Shown: positions 11,998-21,581 of the stretch, in pieces
Numbering within the stretch: the first letter of the stretch is position 1
Layout: every line of letters begins with the position of its first letter
Source: Candidatus Omnitrophota bacterium
GTDB lineage: Bacteria; Omnitrophota; Gorgyraeia; Gygaellales; Profunditerraquicolaceae
NCBI GenBank assembly: GCA_050012075.1
Contig: JBEKHW010000001.1
Coordinates: 68,766-132,765, forward strand
Reading direction: 5' to 3'
DNA length: 64,000 bases
Notes under the pieces: generated by a model
What the model was told of the DNA's origin: nothing
Database searches by the model: none
What the model saw: only the letters and a program-made list of their open reading frames with translations
Program-made: the position numbers and the translations under genes

Positions 11998-14900
11998 TTA
12001 GCCGTCAGATACCTCAATTAACTCGGCACCCTTAACAGGTTTTTTCTCCTGTAAAATCCTTTTGTATTCTAACGGCATGATTTTAATGAATTTCTTAAGC
12101 TTAGCCGTAAAATCATCAAGGATATCTTTGGCAATCCTGCTTTGCGTATATCGGTAATGGTTTTCCAGAAGCAGCCGTATCGTCTGGATATCTTCATCGT
12201 CGGCCTTCTCGAACGTAACCATCTCCATATTGCATTTCTTTTTGAAATTTCCGTTGATATCATAGACATAAGCAATGCCGCCGGACATACCCGCGGCGAA
12301 ATTCCTACCGGTCTCGCCCAATATTACCACTCTTCCGCCGGTCATATATTCACAGCCATGGTCGCCTACACCTTCTACCACCGCATATAAACCGGAATTC
12401 CGGATACAGAATCTTTCTCCGGCAACACCGCGTATATACGCCTCACCATTTATTGCTCCGTAGAAAGTGGTGTTCCCGATAATAATATTGCCTTCCAGAT
12501 TAGAATCCCTGGCAGGGTCGGGATAGATTATGATCTTGCCGCCGCTAGTCCCCTTACCTACATAATCATTAGCCATCCCGCTTAATTCAAAAGTTATGCC
12601 GCGGGCAAGCCACGCTCCAAAACTCTGGCCTGCCACACCCTTAAACTTAAAATGGATAGTATCTTCCCCTAATCCTTCTTCACCGAATTTACGGCAGAGC
12701 TCTCCGCTAAGCATCGCTCCGGTTGTACGGTTAGTATTATTGATTGCGACTTCCGCCTTTACCGGTGTAGCGTTATCAAGCGCGGGACGGGCGAGCGTCA
12801 TAAGTTTTAAATCCAATACCTTATCTATCCTGTGATTTTGCTTTATCGTACAATGGCTCATAATATCCTTGGATACCTCTGGTTTATAGAGCACCTTAGA
12901 AAAATCAATACCTTTTGCTTTCCAGCCAAGTATATCCTGGTTTAGCTCCAAGAGGTCGGTCCTGCCTACCATTTCATCCATTTTACGTATGCCAAGGCCG
13001 CTCATAATCTGGCGTAATTCCCGGGCTACAAAATTAAAATAATTAATAACATATTCTGGTTTACCGCTGAATCTTCTCTCCAGGATCTCATCCTGCGTAG
13101 CAATGCCCACAGAACAATTATTCAACTGGCAGTGCCGAAGCATCACGCATCCTAAAACAATTAAAACAGCAGTGCAAAAACCAAACTCCTCTGCACCCAG
13201 GATGCAGGCAATGGCTACATCGCGTCCCGTGCGCATCTGGCCGTCGGTTTGCAGGCGCACGCGGCTGCGCAAGTCATTTAAAACCAGCGTCTGATGAGTT
13301 TCGGATAGGCCTAACTCCCAAGGCAGGCCTGCATGTTTTATTGAACTTAGAGGAGAAGCTCCTGTGCCTCCATCACCGCCTGAAATAAGTATCATATCGG
13401 CATGGCCTTTAGCTACGCCGGCAGCGATTGTCCCTACGCCGATTTCCGAAACAAGTTTTACGCTGATACGCGCGGCAGGATTAGTATTTTTAAGGTCAAA
13501 TATCAATTGGGCAAGGTCTTCAATGGAATAAATATCGTGGTGTGGCGGAGGAGAAATGAGTGTCACCCCCGGAGTTGTGTAGCGTGTGCGGGCAATTATC
13601 GCGCTTACCTTATGCCCGGGAAGCTGCCCCCCTTCCCCTGGTTTTGCGCCCTGGGCTATTTTAATCTGTAATTCATCGGCGTTAATCAGATAATTAGTAG
13701 TTACGCCGAACCTGCCTGAGGCAACCTGTTTAATCGCGCTCCTTGCCGAATCCCCGTTTGGCAAGGGGCTAAAACGGCCGGGATCCTCACCGCCCTCTCC
13801 GGTATTGGATTTGGCTTTCAACCTATTCATGGCAATAGCGATGGTTTCATGTGTCGCTCTTGAGATAGAACCAAAACTCATAGCACCCGTGGCAAAACGC
13901 CTGACAATCTCCTCTGCGGATTCCACTTCCTCAAGGGGAATAGGATTTGCTTTCTTGAATTTTAACACTCCTCTTAATGTTGTAGGGTGGCTCGACTGGT
14001 CATTAATCAGGCGGATAAATTCCTCGTACCTCTTCTCATCATTATTACGCACGGCATCCTGTAGCGCTGCAATACTATCCGGATTCCAGAGGTGAAATTC
14101 TCCGTCTCTTTTCCATTGGTATAATCCGCCGGTAGTAAGGATCGGCTCATCTACTCTTTCAAATGCTTCCTTGTGCCTTATAATGGTCTCCCTGGCAATG
14201 GTTTCCAGGTTCACTCCGCCGATACGCGAAGGAGTCCCCGGAAAACATCTCTCAATTACTTCTTCTGCTATTCCTACTGCTTCAAATATCTGCGCGCCGC
14301 GATAACTCTGCAAAGTAGATATTCCCATCTTGGAGATTATCTTAAGTATCCCTTTTTCCACTGCTTTTATATAATTATGCAGGCCCTTCTCAAAATTAAA
14401 GCTGATCTCTCTATCTTCTGCCAAATATTTTACCGCCTCATAAGCAAGATAGGGATTAATGCAGTCCGCTCCATAACCAAAGAGAAGCGCAAAATGATGC
14501 ACCTCTCTGGGCTCTCCGGTCTCTAAAATCAGACTGATCTGCGTACGTAAAGCCTTACCTACCAGGTGATGGTGGACACTTGAGACAGCCAAGAGGCTCG
14601 GTAATGCTGCATGCGCCTTATCCACTCCCCGGTCACTTAAAATAATAAAGGTGTACCCCTCTTTGATTGCGGATTGCGCTTCTTTACAAATCCTGTCAAT
14701 TGCCTTCCTGAATCCATCTTTAATCGAGATATCAAACAGCGTAGAAATGGTTTTGGTCTTAAAGCCGTTTATTTTAATATCACGGATCTCTTCCAGCTTC
14801 TCATTGGTTAAAACCGGATGCTTAACCAGCAGTTTATGGCAATGTTCTGGTGTTTCATCCAGGATATTCTTCTCAGGGCCAAGGTAGGTTTCCAGGTTCA

Positions 14901-16572
14901 TCACCAGCTCTTCGCGGATATAGTCAATCGCCGGATTCGTAACCTGGGCGAACAACTGCTTAAAATAGGTAAATAACAACTGAGGCTTATCCGAAAGCAC
15001 GGCATGCGGCGTATCGTTACCCATCGAACCTACCGGCTCCTGGGCTGCCTCTACCATGGGCTTAATAATTACTTTCGGGTCCTCGCGGCTGTAACCGAAT
15101 GCCTTTAGCTGAGAAAGAATATCTGTTGACGTTATGCGTTCTGCGTTATGCGTTGTGCGCTTACTTACAGACAGGGCATCTAATTCAACTATATTACTTT
15201 TAAGCCATTTGCCGTAAGGCATACTTGTGGCCATCCTGCCCTTTATTTCTTCATCGGTAACAATGCGTTTTAATCCTGTATCAATAAAGAAAATTTTGCC
15301 GGGTTCAAGCCTTCCCGATAAAAGAATCTCTTCACCAGGCAAATCTAATACCCCCACTTCAGAGGCCATAACCACAAAACCTTTCTTAGTGACAATGTAA
15401 CGGGCAGGCCGAAGGCCATTCCTGTCAAGGAGTGCTCCGATACGCTCTCCGTCTGTAAAAGCAATGGCAGCAGGACCGTCCCAGGGTTCCATAAAACAGG
15501 CATGGTACCTGTAGAAACTGCGCACCTTGTCATCGAGAAAACTATTCTGCTCCCATGCCGGAGGTATAAGCATCATCATGGCATGCTCAAGAGGCCTACC
15601 GGAAAGGACAAGCAGCTCAAGGACATTATCAATGGTCGCGGAATCGCTTCCTCCCGGAACAATAACCGGATAAAGCTTCTTAAGAGCGGAGCCGAAGAGT
15701 TTACTTTTTAACAGGCCTTCGCGGGCGCGCATCCAATTGATATTCCCCCTCAACGTATTGATCTCTCCATTATGCGCAAGGAACCTGAATGGCTGCGAAA
15801 GGTCCCAGGTAGGAAAAGTATTGGTAGAGTAACGCGAATGCACAAGACAAAGAGAGCTTTTTATATTTTTGTCTTTTAGGTCAGGGAAAAACTTATCTAC
15901 CTGGTCAGGCATAAGCAGGCCTTTATATGAGAATGTACGGCTGGAAAGATTAGTGATATAAAAGAATGATTTCTGCTTTAATCCAGATGCGCGGATAGTG
16001 TTCTCTACCCTCTTCCTGATAATATAGAGCTTTCTCTCAAAATCAAGATTACCTTCACTTGTGACTTTGTGACTTTGTGACTTTGTGACTTTTTTAGCGA
16101 TAAATATCTGCTCTATGGCGGGCTGGGTGTCTCTGGCGGTCTTACCTATATCAGTATCATCCACAGGCACGGCTCGCCACCCCAATAATAGCTGGCCTTC
16201 TTTTTTTACAATACCTTTAAAGATATCCTTGCAGGATTGGCGCTCCTTGGTATCAGTAGGCAGGAATATAAGCCCTGCGCCATACTCCCCCAGAGAAGGC
16301 AAAATAATTTTTTCTTCTTTACATACCTTTTCGAAAAATTCATGGGGGATCTGCAATAACACCCCTGCCCCATCTCCTGTTTTAGGATCTGAACCCGTAG
16401 CGCCCCGGTGGGAAAGCCGCTTTAAAACCTCTAACCCCTGTAAGATAATCTGATTTGTCTTTTTACCGTCTATATTGCAGACAAAGCCAACCCCGCAGGA
16501 ATCATGTTCAAAACCGGGGTCATATAATCCTTGTTTTTCAGGAAAACCGTGTCTTTTCATCTTATCTTCCAT
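11998..16572 (-). CDS. gltB: Glutamate synthase large subunit
   Basis: 1524 aa. N-terminal amidotransferase Cys (CGVGF), FMN/Fe-S central domain, and C-terminal GXGXG beta-helix. Contains an in-frame AAAGTCAC octamer tandem repeat at 16061-16092. Confidence 0.95.
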   Translation of the reverse strand: MEDKMKRHGFPEKQGLYDPGFEHDSCGVGFVCNIDGKKTNQIILQGLEVLKRLSHRGATGSDPKTGDGAGVLLQIPHEFFEKVCKEEKIILPSLGEYGAGLIFLPTDTKERQSCKDIFKGIVKKEGQLLLGWRAVPVDDTDIGKTARDTQPAIEQIFIAKKVTKSQSHKVTSEGNLDFERKLYIIRKRVENTIRASGLKQKSFFYITNLSSRTFSYKGLLMPDQVDKFFPDLKDKNIKSSLCLVHSRYSTNTFPTWDLSQPFRFLAHNGEINTLRGNINWMRAREGLLKSKLFGSALKKLYPVIVPGGSDSATIDNVLELLVLSGRPLEHAMMMLIPPAWEQNSFLDDKVRSFYRYHACFMEPWDGPAAIAFTDGERIGALLDRNGLRPARYIVTKKGFVVMASEVGVLDLPGEEILLSGRLEPGKIFFIDTGLKRIVTDEEIKGRMATSMPYGKWLKSNIVELDALSVSKRTTHNAERITSTDILSQLKAFGYSREDPKVIIKPMVEAAQEPVGSMGNDTPHAVLSDKPQLLFTYFKQLFAQVTNPAIDYIREELVMNLETYLGPEKNILDETPEHCHKLLVKHPVLTNEKLEEIRDIKINGFKTKTISTLFDISIKDGFRKAIDRICKEAQSAIKEGYTFIILSDRGVDKAHAALPSLLAVSSVHHHLVGKALRTQISLILETGEPREVHHFALLFGYGADCINPYLAYEAVKYLAEDREISFNFEKGLHNYIKAVEKGILKIISKMGISTLQSYRGAQIFEAVGIAEEVIERCFPGTPSRIGGVNLETIARETIIRHKEAFERVDEPILTTGGLYQWKRDGEFHLWNPDSIAALQDAVRNNDEKRYEEFIRLINDQSSHPTTLRGVLKFKKANPIPLEEVESAEEIVRRFATGAMSFGSISRATHETIAIAMNRLKAKSNTGEGGEDPGRFSPLPNGDSARSAIKQVASGRFGVTTNYLINADELQIKIAQGAKPGEGGQLPGHKVSAIIARTRYTTPGVTLISPPPHHDIYSIEDLAQLIFDLKNTNPAARISVKLVSEIGVGTIAAGVAKGHADMILISGGDGGTGASPLSSIKHAGLPWELGLSETHQTLVLNDLRSRVRLQTDGQMRTGRDVAIACILGAEEFGFCTAVLIVLGCVMLRHCQLNNCSVGIATQDEILERRFSGKPEYVINYFNFVARELRQIMSGLGIRKMDEMVGRTDLLELNQDILGWKAKGIDFSKVLYKPEVSKDIMSHCTIKQNHRIDKVLDLKLMTLARPALDNATPVKAEVAINNTNRTTGAMLSGELCRKFGEEGLGEDTIHFKFKGVAGQSFGAWLARGITFELSGMANDYVGKGTSGGKIIIYPDPARDSNLEGNIIIGNTTFYGAINGEAYIRGVAGERFCIRNSGLYAVVEGVGDHGCEYMTGGRVVILGETGRNFAAGMSGGIAYVYDINGNFKKKCNMEMVTFEKADDEDIQTIRLLLENHYRYTQSRIAKDILDDFTAKLKKFIKIMPLEYKRILQEKKPVKGAELIEVSDG
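16061..16092. repeat. Tandem octamer (GTGACTTT)x4 inside the gltB coding sequence
   Basis: Encodes KVTKSQSHKVT in GltB. The same octamer is dispersed at three other loci. Confidence 0.8.
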
Positions 16573-16937
16573 CTGTTCACGTCAATACCCAGTTTTTTTA
16601 CTTTGGCGCGCATGGTGTTACGGTTAATACCGAGAATCCTTGCCGCCTTAAGCTGGTTACCTTCTGTCCGCTCCAGCACTTGTTCAATAAGCGGCTTCTC
16701 TATTACCTCCAGGACCGACTTATATAATACGCCTTTTTTCTCTTCAAATAAGGCCTCTTCTATCTCAATAACCCTGTCCTTTATAAAGGCGAGGTCTCTT
16801 ATGCAGTTTTTCTTAACTATACGGATAACGCCATCCTGTTCCAGGCTGTCAGATAAAGTGTACCCCTGCTCTTTAAGCATATTAATGAGGGCTTCTTTTG
16901 CTTTGGCTTCATCCTCTGATATTACAAGTGTAATCAT
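16557..16937 (-). CDS. Small Fis-family (NtrC-type HTH_8) DNA-binding protein
   Basis: 126 aa. The C-terminus NQLKAARILGINRNTMRAKVKKLGI is the Fis/NtrC-type helix-turn-helix. Its stop overlaps the gltB start, suggesting translational coupling. Confidence 0.55.
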   Translation of the reverse strand: MITLVISEDEAKAKEALINMLKEQGYTLSDSLEQDGVIRIVKKNCIRDLAFIKDRVIEIEEALFEEKKGVLYKSVLEVIEKPLIEQVLERTEGNQLKAARILGINRNTMRAKVKKLGIDVNRWKIR

Positions 16938-17164
16938 ATTTTATGCGGTTAGTGCCTATTGCTTAAGCACGGCCAGACAAAAAAAATTAAGTGAGGACAT
17001 AAGTTATGGAACAAGCTATTGCTTATCTAAACGACATAACTTATATGTCCGAATTAACCCCACACCCAGCCAACAAGCTACATAGCTATGGTTTTCTGGG
17101 TGTGGGGTTAATTCGCGCAAATAACTTACTCTCCGCCTACGGCGGATCGTAAGTTATGCGCTCA

Positions 17165-18670
17165 TTAAATGTCAAAATAAAGATAAAACTCATAGGGATG
17201 CGGACGCATTCTTACCGCATCTATTTCCTTTTTGCGTTTGTATTCAATCCAGATGTCAATCACATCTTTGGTGAATACTCCGCCCTGAAGGAGATAATCA
17301 TGGTCTGCTTCCAGCGCATCAATTGCCCGGCGTAGCGAAGAGGGAACCGTAGCAATCTTGTTCATCTCTTCTTCGCTTAATTCAAACAAATCAACATCAA
17401 CGGGCTCTCCCGGGTCAATCTTATGTTTTATACCGTCTAAACCGGCAAGAAGCATCGCGCTAAACGCAAGGTAAGGATTACAAGCCGGGTCAGGCGGACG
17501 GAACTCAATCCTCTTTGCCTTAGGGTTATCTGTATACATGGGAATCCTTACTGCTGCCGAACGGTTGCGCGCGGAATAAACCAGGTTCACCGGCGCCTCG
17601 TAACCCGGAACCAATCTTTTATAAGAGTTGGTCGTGGGAGCGCAGAAAGCCATTAAGCTATTCGCGTGCTTAAGGAGCCCGCCAATATAATACTTTGCGG
17701 TCTGGGATAGAAGCGCATAACCATTCTTATCATAAAAAAGGTTTACGCCGTTCTTCCATAAACTCTGATGGCAATGCATACCGGAGCCATTATCAGCAAA
17801 CAATGGCTTTGGCATAAAGGTTGCCACCATCCCTGCTTTCCTGGACATATTCTTGATGATATACTTATACATAAGCAGGTTATCCGCCATCTTGGTGAGC
17901 TTATCAAACTTCATATCGATTTCGCACTGTCCTGCGGTAGCTACCTCATGATGGTGCACTTCTACATTGATACCGGCTTCCTTCATCTTCAAAATAATCC
18001 TGCTCCTTAAATCCTGGATAGAATCATGCGGGGGAACCGGGAAATAACCTTCCTTGAAACGGATTTTATAACCAAGGTTTGGATTTTCCATGCGGCCAGT
18101 ATTCCAATCCGCTTCCTGAGAATCAATAAAATAATAACCTGAATTCTCCGTCTGGTCAAAGCGGATATCATTAAAGATGAAAAACTCTGCCTCTGGCCCG
18201 AAATAAATGCTGTCGGCAATACCGGAATCCTTGACATATTTCTCCGCCTTTTTAGCAATATAACGTGGGTCACGGCTGTAGGGTTTACGCGTAATCGGGT
18301 CGTAAATATCGCAGAGCAGGCTTAGAGTAGGGACTTCGCAGCACGGGTCAATAACAGCAGTTAAAGGATCGGGTATGAGAATCATATCCGATTCCTGTAT
18401 TTTCTGGAACCCCCTTATGGAAGAGCCGTCAAAACCGATACCATCCACCCAGATCGAACGCACAATATCATCCATCTCCAGTAATTCTGTCGCGGGGATG
18501 GAAAAATGCTGCCATAGGCCAGGCAGGTCATTGAATTTCAGGTCTATTATCTGGATATTGTTATCCTTGACCATCTTCAGAACATCACGCGCGGCTTTCT
18601 CGTCAAAAGAGCCGTTTACCAATGGATTCATGGTCTTTACCCCCTTGGATTCTTTTGTCTTCTTAGGCAT
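17165..18670 (-). CDS. glnA: Glutamine synthetase type I
   Basis: 501 aa, GS-I fold throughout. Confidence 0.9.
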   Translation of the reverse strand: MPKKTKESKGVKTMNPLVNGSFDEKAARDVLKMVKDNNIQIIDLKFNDLPGLWQHFSIPATELLEMDDIVRSIWVDGIGFDGSSIRGFQKIQESDMILIPDPLTAVIDPCCEVPTLSLLCDIYDPITRKPYSRDPRYIAKKAEKYVKDSGIADSIYFGPEAEFFIFNDIRFDQTENSGYYFIDSQEADWNTGRMENPNLGYKIRFKEGYFPVPPHDSIQDLRSRIILKMKEAGINVEVHHHEVATAGQCEIDMKFDKLTKMADNLLMYKYIIKNMSRKAGMVATFMPKPLFADNGSGMHCHQSLWKNGVNLFYDKNGYALLSQTAKYYIGGLLKHANSLMAFCAPTTNSYKRLVPGYEAPVNLVYSARNRSAAVRIPMYTDNPKAKRIEFRPPDPACNPYLAFSAMLLAGLDGIKHKIDPGEPVDVDLFELSEEEMNKIATVPSSLRRAIDALEADHDYLLQGGVFTKDVIDIWIEYKRKKEIDAVRMRPHPYEFYLYFDI

Positions 18671-18704
18671 ATCTTTCTCCTCTCTATTTTTTGTCCGAAA
18701 AGAT

Positions 18705-18763
18705 TAAAAAAGCGTTCACCAAAAAAGCCACAACTTTCAGCTCTTTAATGAACGCCTGCGTTC
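18705..18763 (-). terminator. Terminator-like attenuator in the glnA leader with a competing upstream hairpin
   Basis: Minus strand: gaacgc-ag-gcgttca ... tgaacgc + tttttt, 35 nt before the glnA ATG. Confidence 0.5.
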
Positions 18764-18865
18764 TATTTTTATTAGCTGCTTAATTAAGCACCGCTATGTG
18801 CCTAAACTTTGCCTTATTTATACAAGTAAAAAAGCGCCTATCCTGGTAACAGTTTTTTTACCCCG

Positions 18866-21049
18866 TTACTTTATAAATAGCATCTCCCTATACTTTGGTA
18901 AATCCCAATGCTCATCCGAAACAACGCACTCCAGGGCATCACAATGCCTCCTGATATGCTCCATCAGCGGCTTTAGTTCTTTAAAGTATATGGTTGCTTT
19001 TTTGTCTTGATCCATACCCCTGGTTCTCTCCAGCAGACTGATTAACTCTTTAGTGTTCCTGCGCACGTAATAAATCTTGCTGGAAATATCCTTTAAGTGC
19101 TCCCTCTGGTCATTAATCACCGCGGGCGCAATTTTAGCTTTCTTTGAAAGCAGTATCAACCTCTCCAGGTTAGACGCGACCATCTGCTGATACTCAAACC
19201 CCGCCGGGACGATACTGGCGTTAACCATTTCATTAAGGGTATTTGCCTCTATCTCAATAGTCAGGTTATACATATGCATCCAGATATGGTAGCGGGCGAC
19301 GATTTCCTCTTTTGAGAAAACTTTATATTTTTCAAAAAGGGAGATATTTTTCTCCCTGGTCAAGGCCAAAAGGGATTCGGCGGTAGAGGCGATATTAGGA
19401 AGTTTTCTTTTCTTTGCCTCGGAAAGCCAGGCCGAAGCATAATTGTTGCCTTCGAAACGTATATCTTTTGTCTCCTTAAAAATCTTTGCGATCACGCGCA
19501 TGACCTTAGTGTTAAAATCTTTTCCTTTCTCCTTGCGGATTTCTGTAGCCACATAATCAAGGCTTTCCGCGATAATAGTGTTAAGAATGGCTATAGGTGT
19601 TGAGATATTCTGCGAAGAACCCACGGCGCGGAACTCAAATTTTGCGCCTGTAAAGGCAAACGGCGAAGTGCGATTCCTGTCAGTCGTATCTTTATTGAAC
19701 CGCGGCAATCTTGCCAGGCCCAAGTCTATTACATCCTTCTTGGAAACGTTTGATTTTATGCCTTTACCTATCATCTCCACGATTTTAGTCAACTGCTCTC
19801 CAAGAAAAATACTGATAATGGCCGGCGGCGCCTCATTTGCGCCTAAGCGGTGTTCATTTCCTGCCATAGCTACCGATGCGCGCAGGAGGTCCGCATGCAG
19901 GTAAACTGCCCTTAACACTGCTGCCAGGAATGCCAGAAACTGCAGATTATCCTCAGGGGTATCCCCGGGGTTAAGCAGATTGTTACCTAAATTATCTGCC
20001 AAAGACCAGTTCAGGTGCTTACCGCTGCCATTAATGCCGGCAAAGGGTTTTTCGTGTAAAAGGCAGACCAGGTTATGGCGAAGGGCGACTTTTTTCATCG
20101 TCTCCATCAAAAGCTGGTTATGGTCTGCGGCGATATTGGACTCTTCAAAAATAGGCGCGAACTCATACTGGTGCGGAGCAACTTCATTGTGCCTGGTCAT
20201 AACCGGTATTCCCAGTTTATACGCCTCCTCTGCCACCTCAAACATAAAATTAATCATCCGTTCTGTGATAGTGCCTAAATACTGGTCTTCGAGCTGCTGG
20301 CCCTTGGGAGAAGAAGCGCCCACCAGGGTGCGGCCCGTCATTACCAGATCCTGCCGCAGATTATAGTAGTTCTTATCAATCAGAAAATATTCCTGCTCCG
20401 GACCGCAGGTTGAATAAACCTTTAATACATCCTTGTGGCCAAAAAGTTTCAATAAACCTACCGCTGCCTTATTCAATGCTTCGTCGGAACGAAGAAGCGG
20501 TAATTTCTTATCCAGCGCTTCCCCGTGATAAGATATGAATATGGTCGGGATACAAAGAGTTTTACCCAGCGCGCTCTCGCTGATAAAGGCGGGGCTGGAA
20601 GGATCCCACGCAGTGTATCCGCGCGCTTCAAATGTTGCGCGTATTCCTCCGGAAGGAAAGCTGGAAGCATCGGGCTCTCCCTGAATAAGTTTTGAACCGG
20701 AAAATTTTTCAATGACTTTCCCCGGTCCGACAATAGAGATAAAACTATCGTGTTTCTCTGCGGTAAGGCCGGTCATCGGCTGAAACCAGTGGGTATAGTA
20801 GGTTGCGCCCTTTGAGGTAGCCCAATCCTTCATCGCATCGGCAATCTCATTTGCCTGCGTAAGAGTTATGGTTTTTCCTTCATTCAGCCAATCCTTAAAT
20901 GCCTTAAAAGTAGGCCTGGAAATGTGTTTCTGCATAGTTTCTATGCTAAAAGTATTCTCACCGAAATAGGTAGATACCTTTTTAGGTATTTTCACCTTTT
21001 CTAAACTTACTCCCTTAATCCTGAATAATGTATCTTGCCTGATTCCCAT
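18866..21049 (-). CDS. glnN: Glutamine synthetase type III
   Basis: 727 aa, the size of GS-III. GS catalytic motifs are present. Confidence 0.8.
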   Translation of the reverse strand: MGIRQDTLFRIKGVSLEKVKIPKKVSTYFGENTFSIETMQKHISRPTFKAFKDWLNEGKTITLTQANEIADAMKDWATSKGATYYTHWFQPMTGLTAEKHDSFISIVGPGKVIEKFSGSKLIQGEPDASSFPSGGIRATFEARGYTAWDPSSPAFISESALGKTLCIPTIFISYHGEALDKKLPLLRSDEALNKAAVGLLKLFGHKDVLKVYSTCGPEQEYFLIDKNYYNLRQDLVMTGRTLVGASSPKGQQLEDQYLGTITERMINFMFEVAEEAYKLGIPVMTRHNEVAPHQYEFAPIFEESNIAADHNQLLMETMKKVALRHNLVCLLHEKPFAGINGSGKHLNWSLADNLGNNLLNPGDTPEDNLQFLAFLAAVLRAVYLHADLLRASVAMAGNEHRLGANEAPPAIISIFLGEQLTKIVEMIGKGIKSNVSKKDVIDLGLARLPRFNKDTTDRNRTSPFAFTGAKFEFRAVGSSQNISTPIAILNTIIAESLDYVATEIRKEKGKDFNTKVMRVIAKIFKETKDIRFEGNNYASAWLSEAKKRKLPNIASTAESLLALTREKNISLFEKYKVFSKEEIVARYHIWMHMYNLTIEIEANTLNEMVNASIVPAGFEYQQMVASNLERLILLSKKAKIAPAVINDQREHLKDISSKIYYVRRNTKELISLLERTRGMDQDKKATIYFKELKPLMEHIRRHCDALECVVSDEHWDLPKYREMLFIK

Positions 21050-21099
21050 CTTGCCCTCCTAATTAATAATCTATTTTTTAATACCTTATTCTATCATAC

Positions 21100-21142
21100 A
21101 AAATCAAAAAATAAAGGCGTTCTTTTACAAAAAAACGCCTTT
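21100..21142 (-). terminator. Rho-independent terminator after glnK copy 1
   Basis: Minus strand: aaaggcgtttttttgtaaaagaacgccttt followed by a T-run. Confidence 0.6.
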
Positions 21143-21187
21143 ATTTCGGGAACCTTCCCGGGCTGAAACAGAAGTATCCCTGATTAA

Positions 21188-21529
21188 TTAGCCTATTGCA
21201 ACAGACCCCTTCTCTTCAGTCCTGATCCTGATACATTCTTTTAAATCAAGAACGAATATTTTTCCGTCTCCGGTCTCTCCTGTCTTTGCGCCCTTGATGA
21301 TTGCTGCTATGGTCGGCTCGACAAAATTCTCGTTTACCGCAATCTCAAGGCGGATTTTCCTTAAGAGATTACCTGTCTCCTTGTGGCCGCGGTAAACTTC
21401 GGTAACCCCTTTCTGCCGGCCATGGCCGAGAACTTCGCTTACGGTAATAAGATTTACCTCTGCCTTGTAAAGTTCTTCTTTTACATCTTCGAGTTTATGC
21501 GGCTGGATTATCGCAATGATTAATTTCAT
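21188..21529 (-). CDS. glnK: P-II nitrogen regulatory protein (copy 1)
   Basis: 113 aa. Begins [21 protein letters not shown]-loop region is RGHKETG. Adjacent to amt. Confidence 0.9.
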   Translation of the reverse strand: MKLIIAIIQPHKLEDVKEELYKAEVNLITVSEVLGHGRQKGVTEVYRGHKETGNLLRKIRLEIAVNENFVEPTIAAIIKGAKTGETGDGKIFVLDLKECIRIRTEEKGSVAIG

Positions 21530-21549
21530 ATTAGCCCCCTTTTATCATG

Positions 21550-21577
21550 GTGACTTTGTGACCTGTGACTTTGTGAC
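21550..21577. repeat. GTGACTTTGTGAC-ct-GTGACTTTGTGAC element between amt and glnK (copy 1)
   Basis: Lies in the 52-nt amt-glnK spacer, directly upstream of the glnK ribosome-binding site. Confidence 0.8.
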
Positions 21578-21581
21578 ATCT

